Source: Candidatus Zhuqueibacterota bacterium | GTDB taxonomy: Bacteria > Zhuqueibacterota > Zhuqueibacteria > Residuimicrobiales > Residuimicrobiaceae | Assembly: GCA_963169875.1 (NCBI GenBank) | Contig: CAUJEL010000172.1 | Span: 22,460 to 86,459 of the forward strand | Reading direction: 5' to 3' | Length of the DNA stretch: 64,000 bases | Shown: positions 29,347-38,349 of the stretch, one piece after another | Layout: every line of letters starts with the position of its first letter | Numbering within the stretch: the stretch's first letter is position 1 | The notes under the pieces: model-generated | Told to the model about the DNA's origin: nothing | The model's database searches: none | Seen by the model: the letters and a program-made list of their open reading frames with translations, nothing else | Position numbers and translations under genes: made by a program

Positions 29347-30048
29347 CTAATAAAGCAAAATCAGGCTGGCCGACGTCAATAACGGAACCGTCAGATTGTC
29401 CGTTCCGGCCGGTGCCCAGGCCTCCGCCAGTGTGGCCACGGCTGCCGCGACCAGGGCGTTGATGATTATCTTTCCGGATGCCATCGTCATGCTGAACGGA
29501 CTCAATGTAGAGGCTGGCAGCACCCAAAGCGTGATGCCGATGGCCATGAAACTGAAAATGAACATGGCCGAACTGCCGAGCCAGGTGCGGTGATGCGAAA
29601 AAACCCGGTAGCTTTTTTTCCCATACGCCTGCCCCAGCAGACTGGCAAATGCATCGCCCCACGTCATCGCCATAATGCCCGCCACCGCTTGAGGAATATA
29701 ATCGAGTGGACCTTCGGGCCACCAGCATAACAAAAACAACAACGTGATGGATATGGCAAAATAGACGGTTCCGGGCGTTGATTTTTCATCATCCATCTGC
29801 GAAAAGGTCTGCCGGCGGTAAAACAAATAGTTCAAAAGGATAAAGGTAGCGTAAGGCAAAATACCCCACAGGCGTTCGTTGAAAAAATAGAGAACGCCCC
29901 ATATCCACATACCCGCGCCAATGTGAATCAGCTTCCTGGTCACGCGCTGCGGCCAGGCGAACTTTCTTCCCAGCGCCTCCATCACCAGCAAGAGCGCGAA
30001 AGCATAACCATAGGATAAAAACAAACCCAGCGCCTCTTTAACCGACAT
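29347..30048 (-). CDS. Polytopic membrane protein, possibly of the CTP-dependent polyprenol/phytol kinase (DUF92, SEC59/VTE5-like) family
   Basis: The 233-aa product has about 6 TM helices. The family assignment is by resemblance only and was not verified. Confidence 0.4.
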   Translation of the reverse strand: MSVKEALGLFLSYGYAFALLLVMEALGRKFAWPQRVTRKLIHIGAGMWIWGVLYFFNERLWGILPYATFILLNYLFYRRQTFSQMDDEKSTPGTVYFAISITLLFLLCWWPEGPLDYIPQAVAGIMAMTWGDAFASLLGQAYGKKSYRVFSHHRTWLGSSAMFIFSFMAIGITLWVLPASTLSPFSMTMASGKIIINALVAAAVATLAEAWAPAGTDNLTVPLLTSASLILLY

Positions 30049-30093
30049 GGGATTCTCCTGTTTTTGTTATTCGCATGCCACTGCTGCTCTCAT

Positions 30094-30867
30094 TTACCCC
30101 ATGATGGCGTAACCGCCATCCACCACAACGGTCTGCCCCTGAATTTGCTGCGCCAACGGGCTGCAGAGGAACAAGACGATATCGGCAACATCTTCAGGTG
30201 TGGTCAGGCGGCCGGTCGGCGTTTTGGCCCGGCTCGCTTCAAGCAGCTCCTCCCGATTTGGAAAATGCTTCAAGGCATCGGTATCCACTACGCCCGCTGA
30301 AACCGCATTGACATTGACGCGACGGGACGCCAATTCAACGGCCAGATGCCGGATCAACGATTCCAGGGCGGCCTTTGACGCGCCGACCGCTGCATAATTG
30401 GGAATGGCACGCACCGATCCCAAGCTTGAAACCGCGATGATATGGCCGCCTTCCGGCCCCATCAAAGGCACTGTATGCTGGCTCAAGGGCAACAGCGTGC
30501 CCGCATTGATATCCATGGTCCAGTGCCAGTGCCTTTCATTCAGTTCAAGTGCCGGCTTGAGCACGCCGGAGGCCGCATTGCTAATGAGAATATCCAGTCT
30601 GCCAAATTTCTGCTTGATCTCGTCGATCATCGCGGGTATGGCTTCGGGTTCTCCCACATTGGCGCGGATGGCCAAAGCCCGGCTGCCGGTTTGTTCTATC
30701 AGGGCCACAGTCTCTTCCGCGGCTGTTCTTTGCCGTAAATAGTTAATCGCCACATCCGCACCCGCTTGCGCCAGCCTTACAGCAATGGCTCTGCCTATAC
30801 CACGGGAACCGCCCGTGACAAGCGCCACCTTGCCTTTGAGATCAAATACAATACCGCTCATATACAC
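30094..30867 (-). CDS. fabL: Enoyl-[acyl-carrier-protein] reductase (NADPH), FabL-type SDR
   Basis: The product aligns nearly end-to-end with my recollection of B. subtilis FabL. Matching motifs are 'ALVTGGSRGIG', 'NAASGVLKP', 'HWxWTMxINA', 'YAAVGASKAALE' and 'NAVSAGVVDTDALKHFPNREELLE'. Confidence 0.8.
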   Translation of the reverse strand: MYMSGIVFDLKGKVALVTGGSRGIGRAIAVRLAQAGADVAINYLRQRTAAEETVALIEQTGSRALAIRANVGEPEAIPAMIDEIKQKFGRLDILISNAASGVLKPALELNERHWHWTMDINAGTLLPLSQHTVPLMGPEGGHIIAVSSLGSVRAIPNYAAVGASKAALESLIRHLAVELASRRVNVNAVSAGVVDTDALKHFPNREELLEASRAKTPTGRLTTPEDVADIVLFLCSPLAQQIQGQTVVVDGGYAIMG

Positions 30868-30871
30868 TCCT

Positions 30872-32842
30872 TTAATAGATTATGGTCATTTTTTTTGTCA
30901 CCACTTTTCCGCCAGCCTGCACGCGGAGCAGATAGATGCCGCTCGCAACTGGCGAACCCGCCTGGTCGTGGCCATCCCAGTAAAAACTGTGCAGCCCCGC
31001 GGTCATGCTCTTGTGTGCCAAGGTCACTATTTCCTGGCCGCGCAGGTTATAGATGCGCAGATTCACCACCATGGGTGCCTGGTAATCCGGAATCTGCACC
31101 ACCAGCTGCGTCGCCGCGTGTTCTTCCGGCCGGAAAGGATTTGGAAAACTTTGCGTCAAATCCAGTTCTCCAGAGCGCAAATCACCTGGCACTGGAGAGC
31201 TGATGATAGCCGCCCGATTTAGCAGCCACTCATCCGGATCAATATTCATCCGCAGTGGCTTTCCCGCCACGGTGAACTCGAAACGATCTTCCTTCGATTG
31301 CAGCCATAGTGTATCGGCGAATAGAGCCGCATCGGTTTCAACCTGCACTTCAAAGGGCATGCGAAAAACTTGTTGCAGTTGCCGCTGGGTGACATTCAGA
31401 GTTATTGTCACCGAATCAGCACTGCTTTGGGCACTATCCCAGGAAATCAGCAAATCAGGCACACCCGCGCCATACAACCACTGCTGAAAAAACCACTGCA
31501 GCGGCTGACCCGATGCTTCCTCAGCCACGCCGATAAAATCCTGACTGCTGGCGTTGCCATAGGCATGCCTTGTTCCATAAGAGGCGAGAATGCGCCAAAA
31601 TACGTCATCCCCGACCATAAAACGAAGCATGTGCAAGATCCAGGCGCCTTTTTCATAGACTGTGGCGCCCCAACCGTACACAGGGTCATAAACCGGAAAG
31701 GCACCCAATCTCCCGGCCTCGATAAAATACTCCGTGGCAAACGAACTCATCACGCGCCGTAAACTGTCGAGGCCGCCCAGACCTTCCTGATAGAGCGCTT
31801 CACTGTAAGTCGCAAATCCCTCGTTGAGCCACAAATCACGCCAATCCGACAGGGTGACCCAGTTTCCCCACCATTGATGCGCCAGTTCATGAGCCACGAT
31901 CGTTTCGAACACCCCGGTTCCTGTCAGCAGCGCCGCGGACATCGACGTCAGCGTCTGATGTTCCATTGCGCCGCGCATGGGCACTTCGATCATGCCATAG
32001 CGATCAAAGGGATAAGCGCCAAACCGCGATTCGAAAAACCGCATCATCTCAGCCGTATTCCGCCAGTCCACCTGGGCTTTATCCACGCTTGCGGGTGAGA
32101 CGATAAACTGAATGGGGATGTTTCTCCCAGAGCGCGAAACATACGAATCCTCCAGCACCTGAAAATGACCAGCAGTGATGGCGATCAGATAGGGCGCTAT
32201 GGGATGCTGCTCACGATAATGAAACGTGGCCGTTTTCGCCCCGCTGTCGCGAACAGTGCGGATCAGCTCGCCATTAGAATAGGCTTGCATGGCTTGTGGT
32301 ACGGTAATATGGATATCCAACGCCGCTTTATCGAACGGCTCGTCATGGCTCGGCACCCAATAGCGCAGCATGGAAGGGGGATCAGAACGAATGCCTTCTC
32401 CCACGGTGTAAACAATTCCATCGCCCCAGAAGAATCCGCCAAAGCCGTCATTTCTGGGATTGCCATGATAGTGAATAATCACCCTAAACAGCGAATCCTG
32501 CTGCAGCGGCTGCAAAGTATGAATGATCAGCTGTTCTTCCATGCGCTGATAAACCAGATCACCGTGATCGCTCCACAAGGAATCCACCGTCAGACCCTGG
32601 AGATGAAGATAAAAAAAATCGGAGGTCTGTTTGCTGCGAATGGACAGGTTGGCTTTGCCGAATATCATTTTTTCTGCAGGATCAAGAAGGAGATGAACTT
32701 CATAATGCAATACGTCAACGGGATTCTCCACATCCACCGCGGACTCTACACCGCGCCGGCTGTTTTCTGTCAGCTCGCCCGGTTTGGATTGTATTAAAAG
32801 CATCACAGCCAGAATAAACAGAATTCGCCACGACCGCTTCAT
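30872..32842 (-). CDS. Secreted M1-family zinc aminopeptidase with a T9SS C-terminal sorting domain
   Basis: It carries the 'HELAHQWWGN' HEXXH motif, the downstream 'NEGFATYSE' motif, the signal peptide MKRSWRILFILAVMLL and the CTD 'LTQSFPNPFRP...GIYLLRVQAG'. Confidence 0.85.
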   Translation of the reverse strand: MKRSWRILFILAVMLLIQSKPGELTENSRRGVESAVDVENPVDVLHYEVHLLLDPAEKMIFGKANLSIRSKQTSDFFYLHLQGLTVDSLWSDHGDLVYQRMEEQLIIHTLQPLQQDSLFRVIIHYHGNPRNDGFGGFFWGDGIVYTVGEGIRSDPPSMLRYWVPSHDEPFDKAALDIHITVPQAMQAYSNGELIRTVRDSGAKTATFHYREQHPIAPYLIAITAGHFQVLEDSYVSRSGRNIPIQFIVSPASVDKAQVDWRNTAEMMRFFESRFGAYPFDRYGMIEVPMRGAMEHQTLTSMSAALLTGTGVFETIVAHELAHQWWGNWVTLSDWRDLWLNEGFATYSEALYQEGLGGLDSLRRVMSSFATEYFIEAGRLGAFPVYDPVYGWGATVYEKGAWILHMLRFMVGDDVFWRILASYGTRHAYGNASSQDFIGVAEEASGQPLQWFFQQWLYGAGVPDLLISWDSAQSSADSVTITLNVTQRQLQQVFRMPFEVQVETDAALFADTLWLQSKEDRFEFTVAGKPLRMNIDPDEWLLNRAAIISSPVPGDLRSGELDLTQSFPNPFRPEEHAATQLVVQIPDYQAPMVVNLRIYNLRGQEIVTLAHKSMTAGLHSFYWDGHDQAGSPVASGIYLLRVQAGGKVVTKKMTIIY

Positions 32843-33051
32843 CCTCTCGGATCCTTCATGAAGAGGAACAACCCGCAACCTGCAGCGAAAATGATCAACC
32901 ACAGAAGCAAAGCAAAGGGACGCAGCATACCAAAGCGGTATGCCTCAAACATCAAGCCCGCCAGGCCGATGGTGGTGTAGATGACGCTGCGAATTCCATA
33001 TCTGCCAGCCTGTTGGTAGCGCGATTTAATCCATGTCAACATCTTCTTCAT
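32839..33051 (-). CDS. Small hypothetical membrane protein (70 aa, 2 TM)
   Basis: Its stop overlaps the M1 peptidase start by 4 nt. It is hydrophobic, and coding status is uncertain. Confidence 0.35.
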   Translation of the reverse strand: MKKMLTWIKSRYQQAGRYGIRSVIYTTIGLAGLMFEAYRFGMLRPFALLLWLIIFAAGCGLFLFMKDPRG

Positions 33052-33073
33052 CCTTATACTAATAACGCCTTAT

Positions 33074-33625
33074 TTAACAGTGTCCCGTGCTAATATCTTC
33101 CCATTTGGTACATAATTCGTACACCGAAATGCCAAACGCGACCGAGACATTCAGGGACAATTTGACCCCTTTCATGGGGATGTCTATCGCCATATCCGCC
33201 AGTGCAACCAGGGTATCGCGGACACCGTTATATTCATGCCCGACAATCAGGCAAAGGGGAAACCGGTAAGCGGCCGCGCGATAATCGACGCTGGCGGTGG
33301 TCTGCTCAAGAGCCACGATTTGGTACCCCTGCTGCCGCAGCAAAGCGACCGGCTCTTCTGGGTTTTGATGGTAGCTCCAGGGCACCACCTCTTCGGCGCC
33401 GAGGCTCGTCTTGCGAATCTCATCCCGCGGCGGCGTTCCGGTGATGCCGCATAAATAAAGATGCTCCAGGCAGGCGCCATCGGCGGTGCGAAATATGGCG
33501 CCCACATTGTGCAGACTGCGAATGTCGTCCAGAATCACCGAGATGGGACGCCGGGGCCGGCCTGCTGAAGTGTTAAGGGCGCTGTGTTGCGCCTGCAGTT
33601 CCTGAAAGGTCCATTTACGTGTCAT
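33074..33625 (-). CDS. TrmH/SpoU-family RNA 2'-O-methyltransferase
   Basis: SpoU motifs 'LDDIRSLHNVGAIFRTADG', 'LIVGHEYNGV' and 'IPMKG..SLNVSVA' are present. ATG 33625 has a GAGGAG RBS. Confidence 0.8.
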   Translation of the reverse strand: MTRKWTFQELQAQHSALNTSAGRPRRPISVILDDIRSLHNVGAIFRTADGACLEHLYLCGITGTPPRDEIRKTSLGAEEVVPWSYHQNPEEPVALLRQQGYQIVALEQTTASVDYRAAAYRFPLCLIVGHEYNGVRDTLVALADMAIDIPMKGVKLSLNVSVAFGISVYELCTKWEDISTGHC

Positions 33626-33713
33626 ACACTCCTCGATGGGTTTTGTACCTGAAATGTATGACCAAATGACAAACAAATGCAATCATTATTTACAGCTGCC
33701 GCTGCCAGGAAGG

Positions 33714-33745
33714 ATAAAAAAAAAGGAAGGTCTCGGGACCTTCCT
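33714..33745 (-). terminator. Rho-independent terminator ending the ECF-sigma operon
   Basis: On the minus strand the sequence reads GGAAGGTCccgagGACCTTCC followed by T9. Confidence 0.75.
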
Positions 33746-33766
33746 TCTGAAGTCAATATCGGATTG

Positions 33767-34090
33767 TTACTTTTTGCTTTCTTCGGCCTTCTGGCAGGCA
33801 GCGGCAGCGGGGCACGACTTTGTACAGGAGCTCTGCTTGCAAGCACTCTTGGGCTGCTCTTGGCTTTTCTCTTTGCACTGCTCTTTGCATTTCTCCTGGC
33901 ACTGTTCTTTACCCAGCTCTTTGCATTTCTCCTGGCACTGCGCTTTATCGTGCTGACACGCCCCCTCTTTCTGCATGGTGCAGTTCGAGGGCTTGGTCTT
34001 TTCATCGGCACGGACGTTGCCATAGAACATGCCGGCGGCAAGCACAAACATGAATACTACAGCGAGGATGAGGGCGATTCTGCGTTTCAT
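33767..34090 (-). CDS. Small secreted Cys-rich repeat protein (107 aa; 13 Cys in a mature chain of about 80 aa)
   Basis: A signal peptide is followed by 'CQHDKAQCQEKCKELGKEQCQEKCKEQCKEKSQEQPKSACKQSSCTKSCPAAAACQ'. An AAGGAG RBS lies 8 nt upstream. The stop is 4 nt downstream of the preceding gene. Confidence 0.65.
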   Translation of the reverse strand: MKRRIALILAVVFMFVLAAGMFYGNVRADEKTKPSNCTMQKEGACQHDKAQCQEKCKELGKEQCQEKCKEQCKEKSQEQPKSACKQSSCTKSCPAAAACQKAEESKK

Positions 34091-34094
34091 AAAG

Positions 34095-34592
34095 TTACTC
34101 CTTTTGGTTTGTACATGGTTCCTGATTTATGCATGTGTTTGAATTCATCGCACACGAGTGAAGGATCAGAGCGAAAAACAGTTGTTGTTGGTTTTTGTTC
34201 AGATAAGTTTTTTGTGCCAATAAATTGTGTACGACCTGGCGCTGCAAATTGGATTGCAAAGAGTCGATTCTCGTCATGACCCTCTCAATGGCGGCGGAAT
34301 CCGTTTCGGGCGCCATCAACAAATTGGTCAGCGCCATCCTTTCGCGTTCCATGTCTGCGGAGGACTGGGCTGCGTCTTGATTGAACTTTAGCCGCAGCGC
34401 GCGCATGGGAGCGATTTGTTCATCCCGCAAACCGAGTTTCTCGACCAGTATTTTTTCCGCCTCAATCTCCTGACGCGGACAAGCTTTTGTTTCACTGTGG
34501 GCGCACCACTGCCGGTAAGCCAGGCGGGAAAAGGCAGCCAGGTTGATAAGCGTGAGCAATCCGACAATAATCAGAAACCATTTTTTCTTCAT
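34095..34592 (-). CDS. Periplasmic LTXXQ-motif protein (Spy/CpxP/ZraP-like chaperone or metal sensor)
   Basis: A signal/TM anchor is followed by a helical domain with LxxxQ-type spacing ('LRDEQIAPMRALRLKF', 'IDSLQSNLQRQ'). It overlaps the anti-sigma gene by 4 nt. Confidence 0.65.
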   Translation of the reverse strand: MKKKWFLIIVGLLTLINLAAFSRLAYRQWCAHSETKACPRQEIEAEKILVEKLGLRDEQIAPMRALRLKFNQDAAQSSADMERERMALTNLLMAPETDSAAIERVMTRIDSLQSNLQRQVVHNLLAQKTYLNKNQQQLFFALILHSCAMNSNTCINQEPCTNQKE

Positions 34593-35053
34593 TGTACACC
34601 CTCTCCGGCTTGCTCATAGAACTGATGCACCGCTTCGACCATGGTAGGGGGCGCAAAAGGTTCGAGCATATCCGTGTAATAGGATGCGCGCAACGATTGC
34701 GATTCTGAAACAGGCAATTCTGAATGGAGCGGAAGATCACCGAGAAAAAAACCGACTGTCAACGCAACAGCAATCAGCAGCGTGGCCATGAGCGGCCGCC
34801 ACTGCAGCTCCCCGTACGGTTTGCTGATCTGCGCCTGGTGACGCAAGCGGACTTGCAGCCGCGTCCACAGGTAGTCCGGCGCCTTCATGGCGGACATCCG
34901 CTCCGGCGCATTCATCAGCCTCTGCAGCTGCTGAACCAGAGTGGCACAGGCCGTGCAATCCTGCAAATGCTCGCTGATTTCGGCCTTTTTGCGCTCATCC
35001 AATTGCCCATCTATATAGAGCAATAGATATTTTTTAATGGTTAGATGTCTCAT
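34589..35053 (-). CDS. Anti-sigma factor with a zinc-binding (ZAS-like) N-terminus and a single TM helix
   Basis: The 'HLQDCTACA' motif (HxxxCxxC) is present and a central TM helix reads 'LMATLLIAVALTVGFFL'. It lies immediately downstream of the ECF sigma gene. Confidence 0.75.
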   Translation of the reverse strand: MRHLTIKKYLLLYIDGQLDERKKAEISEHLQDCTACATLVQQLQRLMNAPERMSAMKAPDYLWTRLQVRLRHQAQISKPYGELQWRPLMATLLIAVALTVGFFLGDLPLHSELPVSESQSLRASYYTDMLEPFAPPTMVEAVHQFYEQAGEGVQ

Positions 35054-35087
35054 ACTGTTCTCTTCTGTAAATTAGACACCACCCTGT

Positions 35088-35681
35088 TCAAAAACTTGTA
35101 TCTTTCAACAGGGGTATCAACTTTTTGCACAATTTTTTTTTAGCCTGGAATATTCTGCTTTCAACCGCGGCGACTGAACATTGCAATATCTCTGCAATCT
35201 CCTGGTAGCTCAAGCCTTCAAAACGGCATAATATCAACGCCGTCCGCTGCGTCTCGGAAAGTGCCTCGATGGCTGTACGCAGGATCTCATCCCGCTCTTT
35301 CCTCTCAACCAGCGCAGCCGGATCTTCGGACAACGATGACGCCTCCTCTTTACCGCCTGCCAGCCAATCCAGAGAAAAAAACTGCGCCCTGCGTTTTTGC
35401 CGGCGGCGATTGAGACAATGGTTGAGGGTCATGCGATAAAGCCAGGAGGAGAGCTTGGCCTCGGCGCGAAATTTGCGGACCTCTGTAAATACTTTACAAA
35501 AAACATCCTGGGTAGCATCCTCGGCCTCGCGCGCATCTTCCAGCAAACGCCAGCACAACCGGTACACCATATCGCTGTACCCGGAAAACAACGACTTGTA
35601 GGCCTGTTCATCGCCATCCTGAAGACGTTTTATCAGTTCCTGTTCCTGCAAAGGCGCCTCAATTTCCATCTTCCTGTTCAT
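35088..35681 (-). CDS. ECF-family RNA polymerase sigma-70 factor
   Basis: It has sigma70 region 2 ('DATQDVFCKVF...') and region 4 ('LSETQRTALILCRFEGLSYQEIAEIL'). Confidence 0.9.
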   Translation of the reverse strand: MNRKMEIEAPLQEQELIKRLQDGDEQAYKSLFSGYSDMVYRLCWRLLEDAREAEDATQDVFCKVFTEVRKFRAEAKLSSWLYRMTLNHCLNRRRQKRRAQFFSLDWLAGGKEEASSLSEDPAALVERKERDEILRTAIEALSETQRTALILCRFEGLSYQEIAEILQCSVAAVESRIFQAKKKLCKKLIPLLKDTSF

Positions 35682-35752
35682 TGATTGGACACCATTTAAG
35701 CGTAAAACTTGTACGAAAAACCTTGGCAGCGGCGCGCATTTTTCTCATGGAC

Positions 35753-36271
35753 TCAGACATTGAGACGGAAAATCCCTTTGAACTCGCCGTCGACCGGAAA
35801 TTTCCGCAAGCCATCCTCGGAGAAAAGTTCTCCGGTAAAATGACCTTCGACCGTTTGATCCGTGATGCGGGTGATTTTCAGGGTTCCCTGTGCCTGAAGC
35901 GCTGCGGTCTCCTTCTCAATGGTCAAGACAAACACATCCATGGGATAAACGCGCCCTTGCCATTTTTTGAAATCACTCTCGAGAAAATCAATGCTGATTA
36001 ATAAACGCGGGTATTTTTGCGATTGAATGTCGTAATTGTAAAACTGCAGATTATCCTTGGAAAAGAGATCTCCTCGCGGTGTGAATTGCGCGACAAAAAA
36101 GGAATCGCGAATCCATTTGCCCTGGAGATGCATCCTCAGAAAACCGCCATTCCCTGCAGCATCCCCCGTTGTTGTCTGTTCCACGGCAGGGTTCTGATCG
36201 GACTCTTCCTGCCTCGAACACCCCATAAAAATCGCCAGAATCATCAGGCTGAGAAAAAATTGTCTTGTCAT
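35753..36271 (-). CDS. Hypothetical lipoprotein
   Basis: A signal peptide carries the lipobox 'IFMGC'. The product is 172 aa with no recognised domain. Confidence 0.5.
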   Translation of the reverse strand: MTRQFFLSLMILAIFMGCSRQEESDQNPAVEQTTTGDAAGNGGFLRMHLQGKWIRDSFFVAQFTPRGDLFSKDNLQFYNYDIQSQKYPRLLISIDFLESDFKKWQGRVYPMDVFVLTIEKETAALQAQGTLKITRITDQTVEGHFTGELFSEDGLRKFPVDGEFKGIFRLNV

Positions 36272-36432
36272 CTCGTTTCCTTTTGTTATATTTTAGAGAG
36301 AAAATACGGCACGCTCGCTGCATCTGCCGCAAAATAGAAATATGTCCTGTTTTCTCTGCCTCGCTACTCGCACCAAGACAATAATTATTTTTTTATGGAA
36401 ATAAAACAAAAAAGAACAGGAGTCCGCCTATC

Positions 36433-37689
36433 ATGAATACCCTACAACACACCTGCGTAAATCGGTTTTTACGATATGTGATGTACGACACCCAGTCCAG
36501 CGAAGAATCCACGACGTTCCCAAGTACGGAAAAACAGAAAATCCTTGGCAAGGAACTGGCCAAAGAGCTGCGCGAAATGGGATTGAGCGATGCACAAATG
36601 GACGAGTGGGGTTATGTCACCGCAACCCTCCCCGGCAACGTCCATCATCACGTTCCCGTCATAGGACTCATCGCCCACATGGACACCTCCCCGGATGTGA
36701 GTGGCGCCAATGTTAAAACCATCACCCACGCGAACTATCAGGGCGGTGATATCGAACTCCCCTCCGGCGTGGTCATCAAGGCGGAAGATAATCCGGCCCT
36801 CAGTAATCAGATCGGCCACGATATCATCACCTCCGACGGCAACACTCTCCTGGGCGCCGATAACAAGGCGGGAATTGCCGAAATATTTGATGCCATCCAC
36901 CACCTCGTCAATCATCCGGAAATCAAACACGGCAGCGTTCGCATCGCCGTCACCCCGGATGAGGAAGTTGGACGCGGTACTGAGCATTTTAATGTCGAAT
37001 CCTTCGGCGCCCAGTTCGCCTATACCATTGATGGTGAATCTCTGGGAGAGGTTGAGGATGAAACCTTTTGCGCCGACAGCGTCACCATTACCATCCACGG
37101 CGTCAATGTCCATCCCGGTTACGCCAAGGGAAAACTGGTAAACGCCGTCAAAATCGCCGCCGAAATCATCGAACGATTGCCCAAAACATCAACGTCGCCC
37201 GAGACCACGGAAAAGAGAGAAGGGTATGTGCATCCGCATCACATCAGCGGCGGGGTTGAAGAATCGGCCATTAAATTCCTCATCCGCGATTTCACCGTCG
37301 AGGGATTACGGGAAAAAGAAGCCTTTCTGAAACAGCTTGCAGAACAAGTCATGACTGCGCACCCCAAAGCCACCATGGTTTTCAAGGTGGATGAATCGTA
37401 TCGCAACATGAGGTATGAAATAGATAAAAATCCCCGGGTTGTGGATTACGCCCTGCAAGCAGTTAGCCGTGCTAACGTCACTCCTGTCAAAGGCCTTATA
37501 CGCGGCGGCACGGACGGCTCAAGACTCTCTTATCAAGGACTTCTCACCCCCAATATTTTCACCGGCGGACATAACTTTCATTCGCGTCAGGAATGGATTT
37601 CAATTCAGGATATGCACAAAGCCGTGGAAACCATCGTACATCTCGTGCAAATCTGGGAAGAAAAGAACCGTCCAGGCGCTCAAGTCTAA
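36433..37689 (+). CDS. pepT: Peptidase T (tripeptide aminopeptidase, M20B family)
   Basis: M20 metal-ligand motifs 'HMDT' and 'GADNKAG' and the 'DEEVG' motif are present. The product is 418 aa with an AGGAG RBS. Confidence 0.9.
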   Translation: MNTLQHTCVNRFLRYVMYDTQSSEESTTFPSTEKQKILGKELAKELREMGLSDAQMDEWGYVTATLPGNVHHHVPVIGLIAHMDTSPDVSGANVKTITHANYQGGDIELPSGVVIKAEDNPALSNQIGHDIITSDGNTLLGADNKAGIAEIFDAIHHLVNHPEIKHGSVRIAVTPDEEVGRGTEHFNVESFGAQFAYTIDGESLGEVEDETFCADSVTITIHGVNVHPGYAKGKLVNAVKIAAEIIERLPKTSTSPETTEKREGYVHPHHISGGVEESAIKFLIRDFTVEGLREKEAFLKQLAEQVMTAHPKATMVFKVDESYRNMRYEIDKNPRVVDYALQAVSRANVTPVKGLIRGGTDGSRLSYQGLLTPNIFTGGHNFHSRQEWISIQDMHKAVETIVHLVQIWEEKNRPGAQV

Positions 37690-37712
37690 AACAGGCATTA
37701 CCCGTCAAACAG

Positions 37713-37756
37713 AAAAAAAGGCCGCTGATTTGCAATATCAGCGGCCTTTTTTTGTT
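37713..37756. terminator. Strong bidirectional rho-independent terminator between pepT and ptsN
   Basis: The sequence reads AAAAAAAGGCCGCTGATttgcaatATCAGCGGCCTTTTTTT. Confidence 0.85.
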
Positions 37757-37765
37757 GATCCTGGA

Positions 37766-38212
37766 TCAAAGGGCTTGATCCTCCGCCTCTTCGATCATAT
37801 TCATCACCTCATCCGGCGAATCCGCCTTGAGCAGCTTCTTGCGCAATCCGTTCTCCTTCAGAAGCCTGGAAAGCTTGGCGAGTATTTTCAGATATTCACC
37901 AACGGCGTCAACCGGCGTGCCCATGAGAAAAACCAACCGCACCAATTCATCATCTTCCGCGCCAAAATCGATACCTTTTTCAAGCCGGGCAAAAGCAATG
38001 GTAATTTTTGCCACATGTTTGCTGCGCGCATGCGGAATGGCAATGCCTTTGCCGATGCCAGTGCTGCCCAGACTCTCTCTTTGATTCACTTCATCCCCGA
38101 AAACATTCGCATCTTTTAACGCCTTGGACTTCGCCATCAACTGGACCATCTGGGCGATGGCATCCGACTTGTCTTTAGCCGATATATCGAGATATATCAA
38201 ACCCTCATTCAT
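37766..38212 (-). CDS. ptsN: PTS EIIA-Ntr (nitrogen-regulatory IIA, PtsN)
   Basis: It is an EIIA-fructose-type domain with the His region 'GKGIAIPHAR'. ATG 38212 was chosen because the 191-aa track ORF has an unsupported N-terminal extension. Confidence 0.7.
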   Translation of the reverse strand: MNEGLIYLDISAKDKSDAIAQMVQLMAKSKALKDANVFGDEVNQRESLGSTGIGKGIAIPHARSKHVAKITIAFARLEKGIDFGAEDDELVRLVFLMGTPVDAVGEYLKILAKLSRLLKENGLRKKLLKADSPDEVMNMIEEAEDQAL

Positions 38213-38349
38213 GTACTGCGATAAGCGCAAAACAACTCCTCCTTGTGGATCTGCTGCCTGCCACCTGAAACCTGCTTGATTTTCCAACAGACAGCTTAAA
38301 AAAATGACAGTAAAAGTATCGCTTTCTGGGGTAAAAGTCAATTGATTTT

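Noticed and set aside
37766-38341. A 191-aa extended version of ptsN, and a 533-aa extended version of pyk (38350..39951).
   Set aside because: The N-terminal extensions have no homology and an odd composition. Internal ATGs at 38212 and 39780 give canonical PtsN (about 148 aa) and Pyk (about 476 aa) N-termini.
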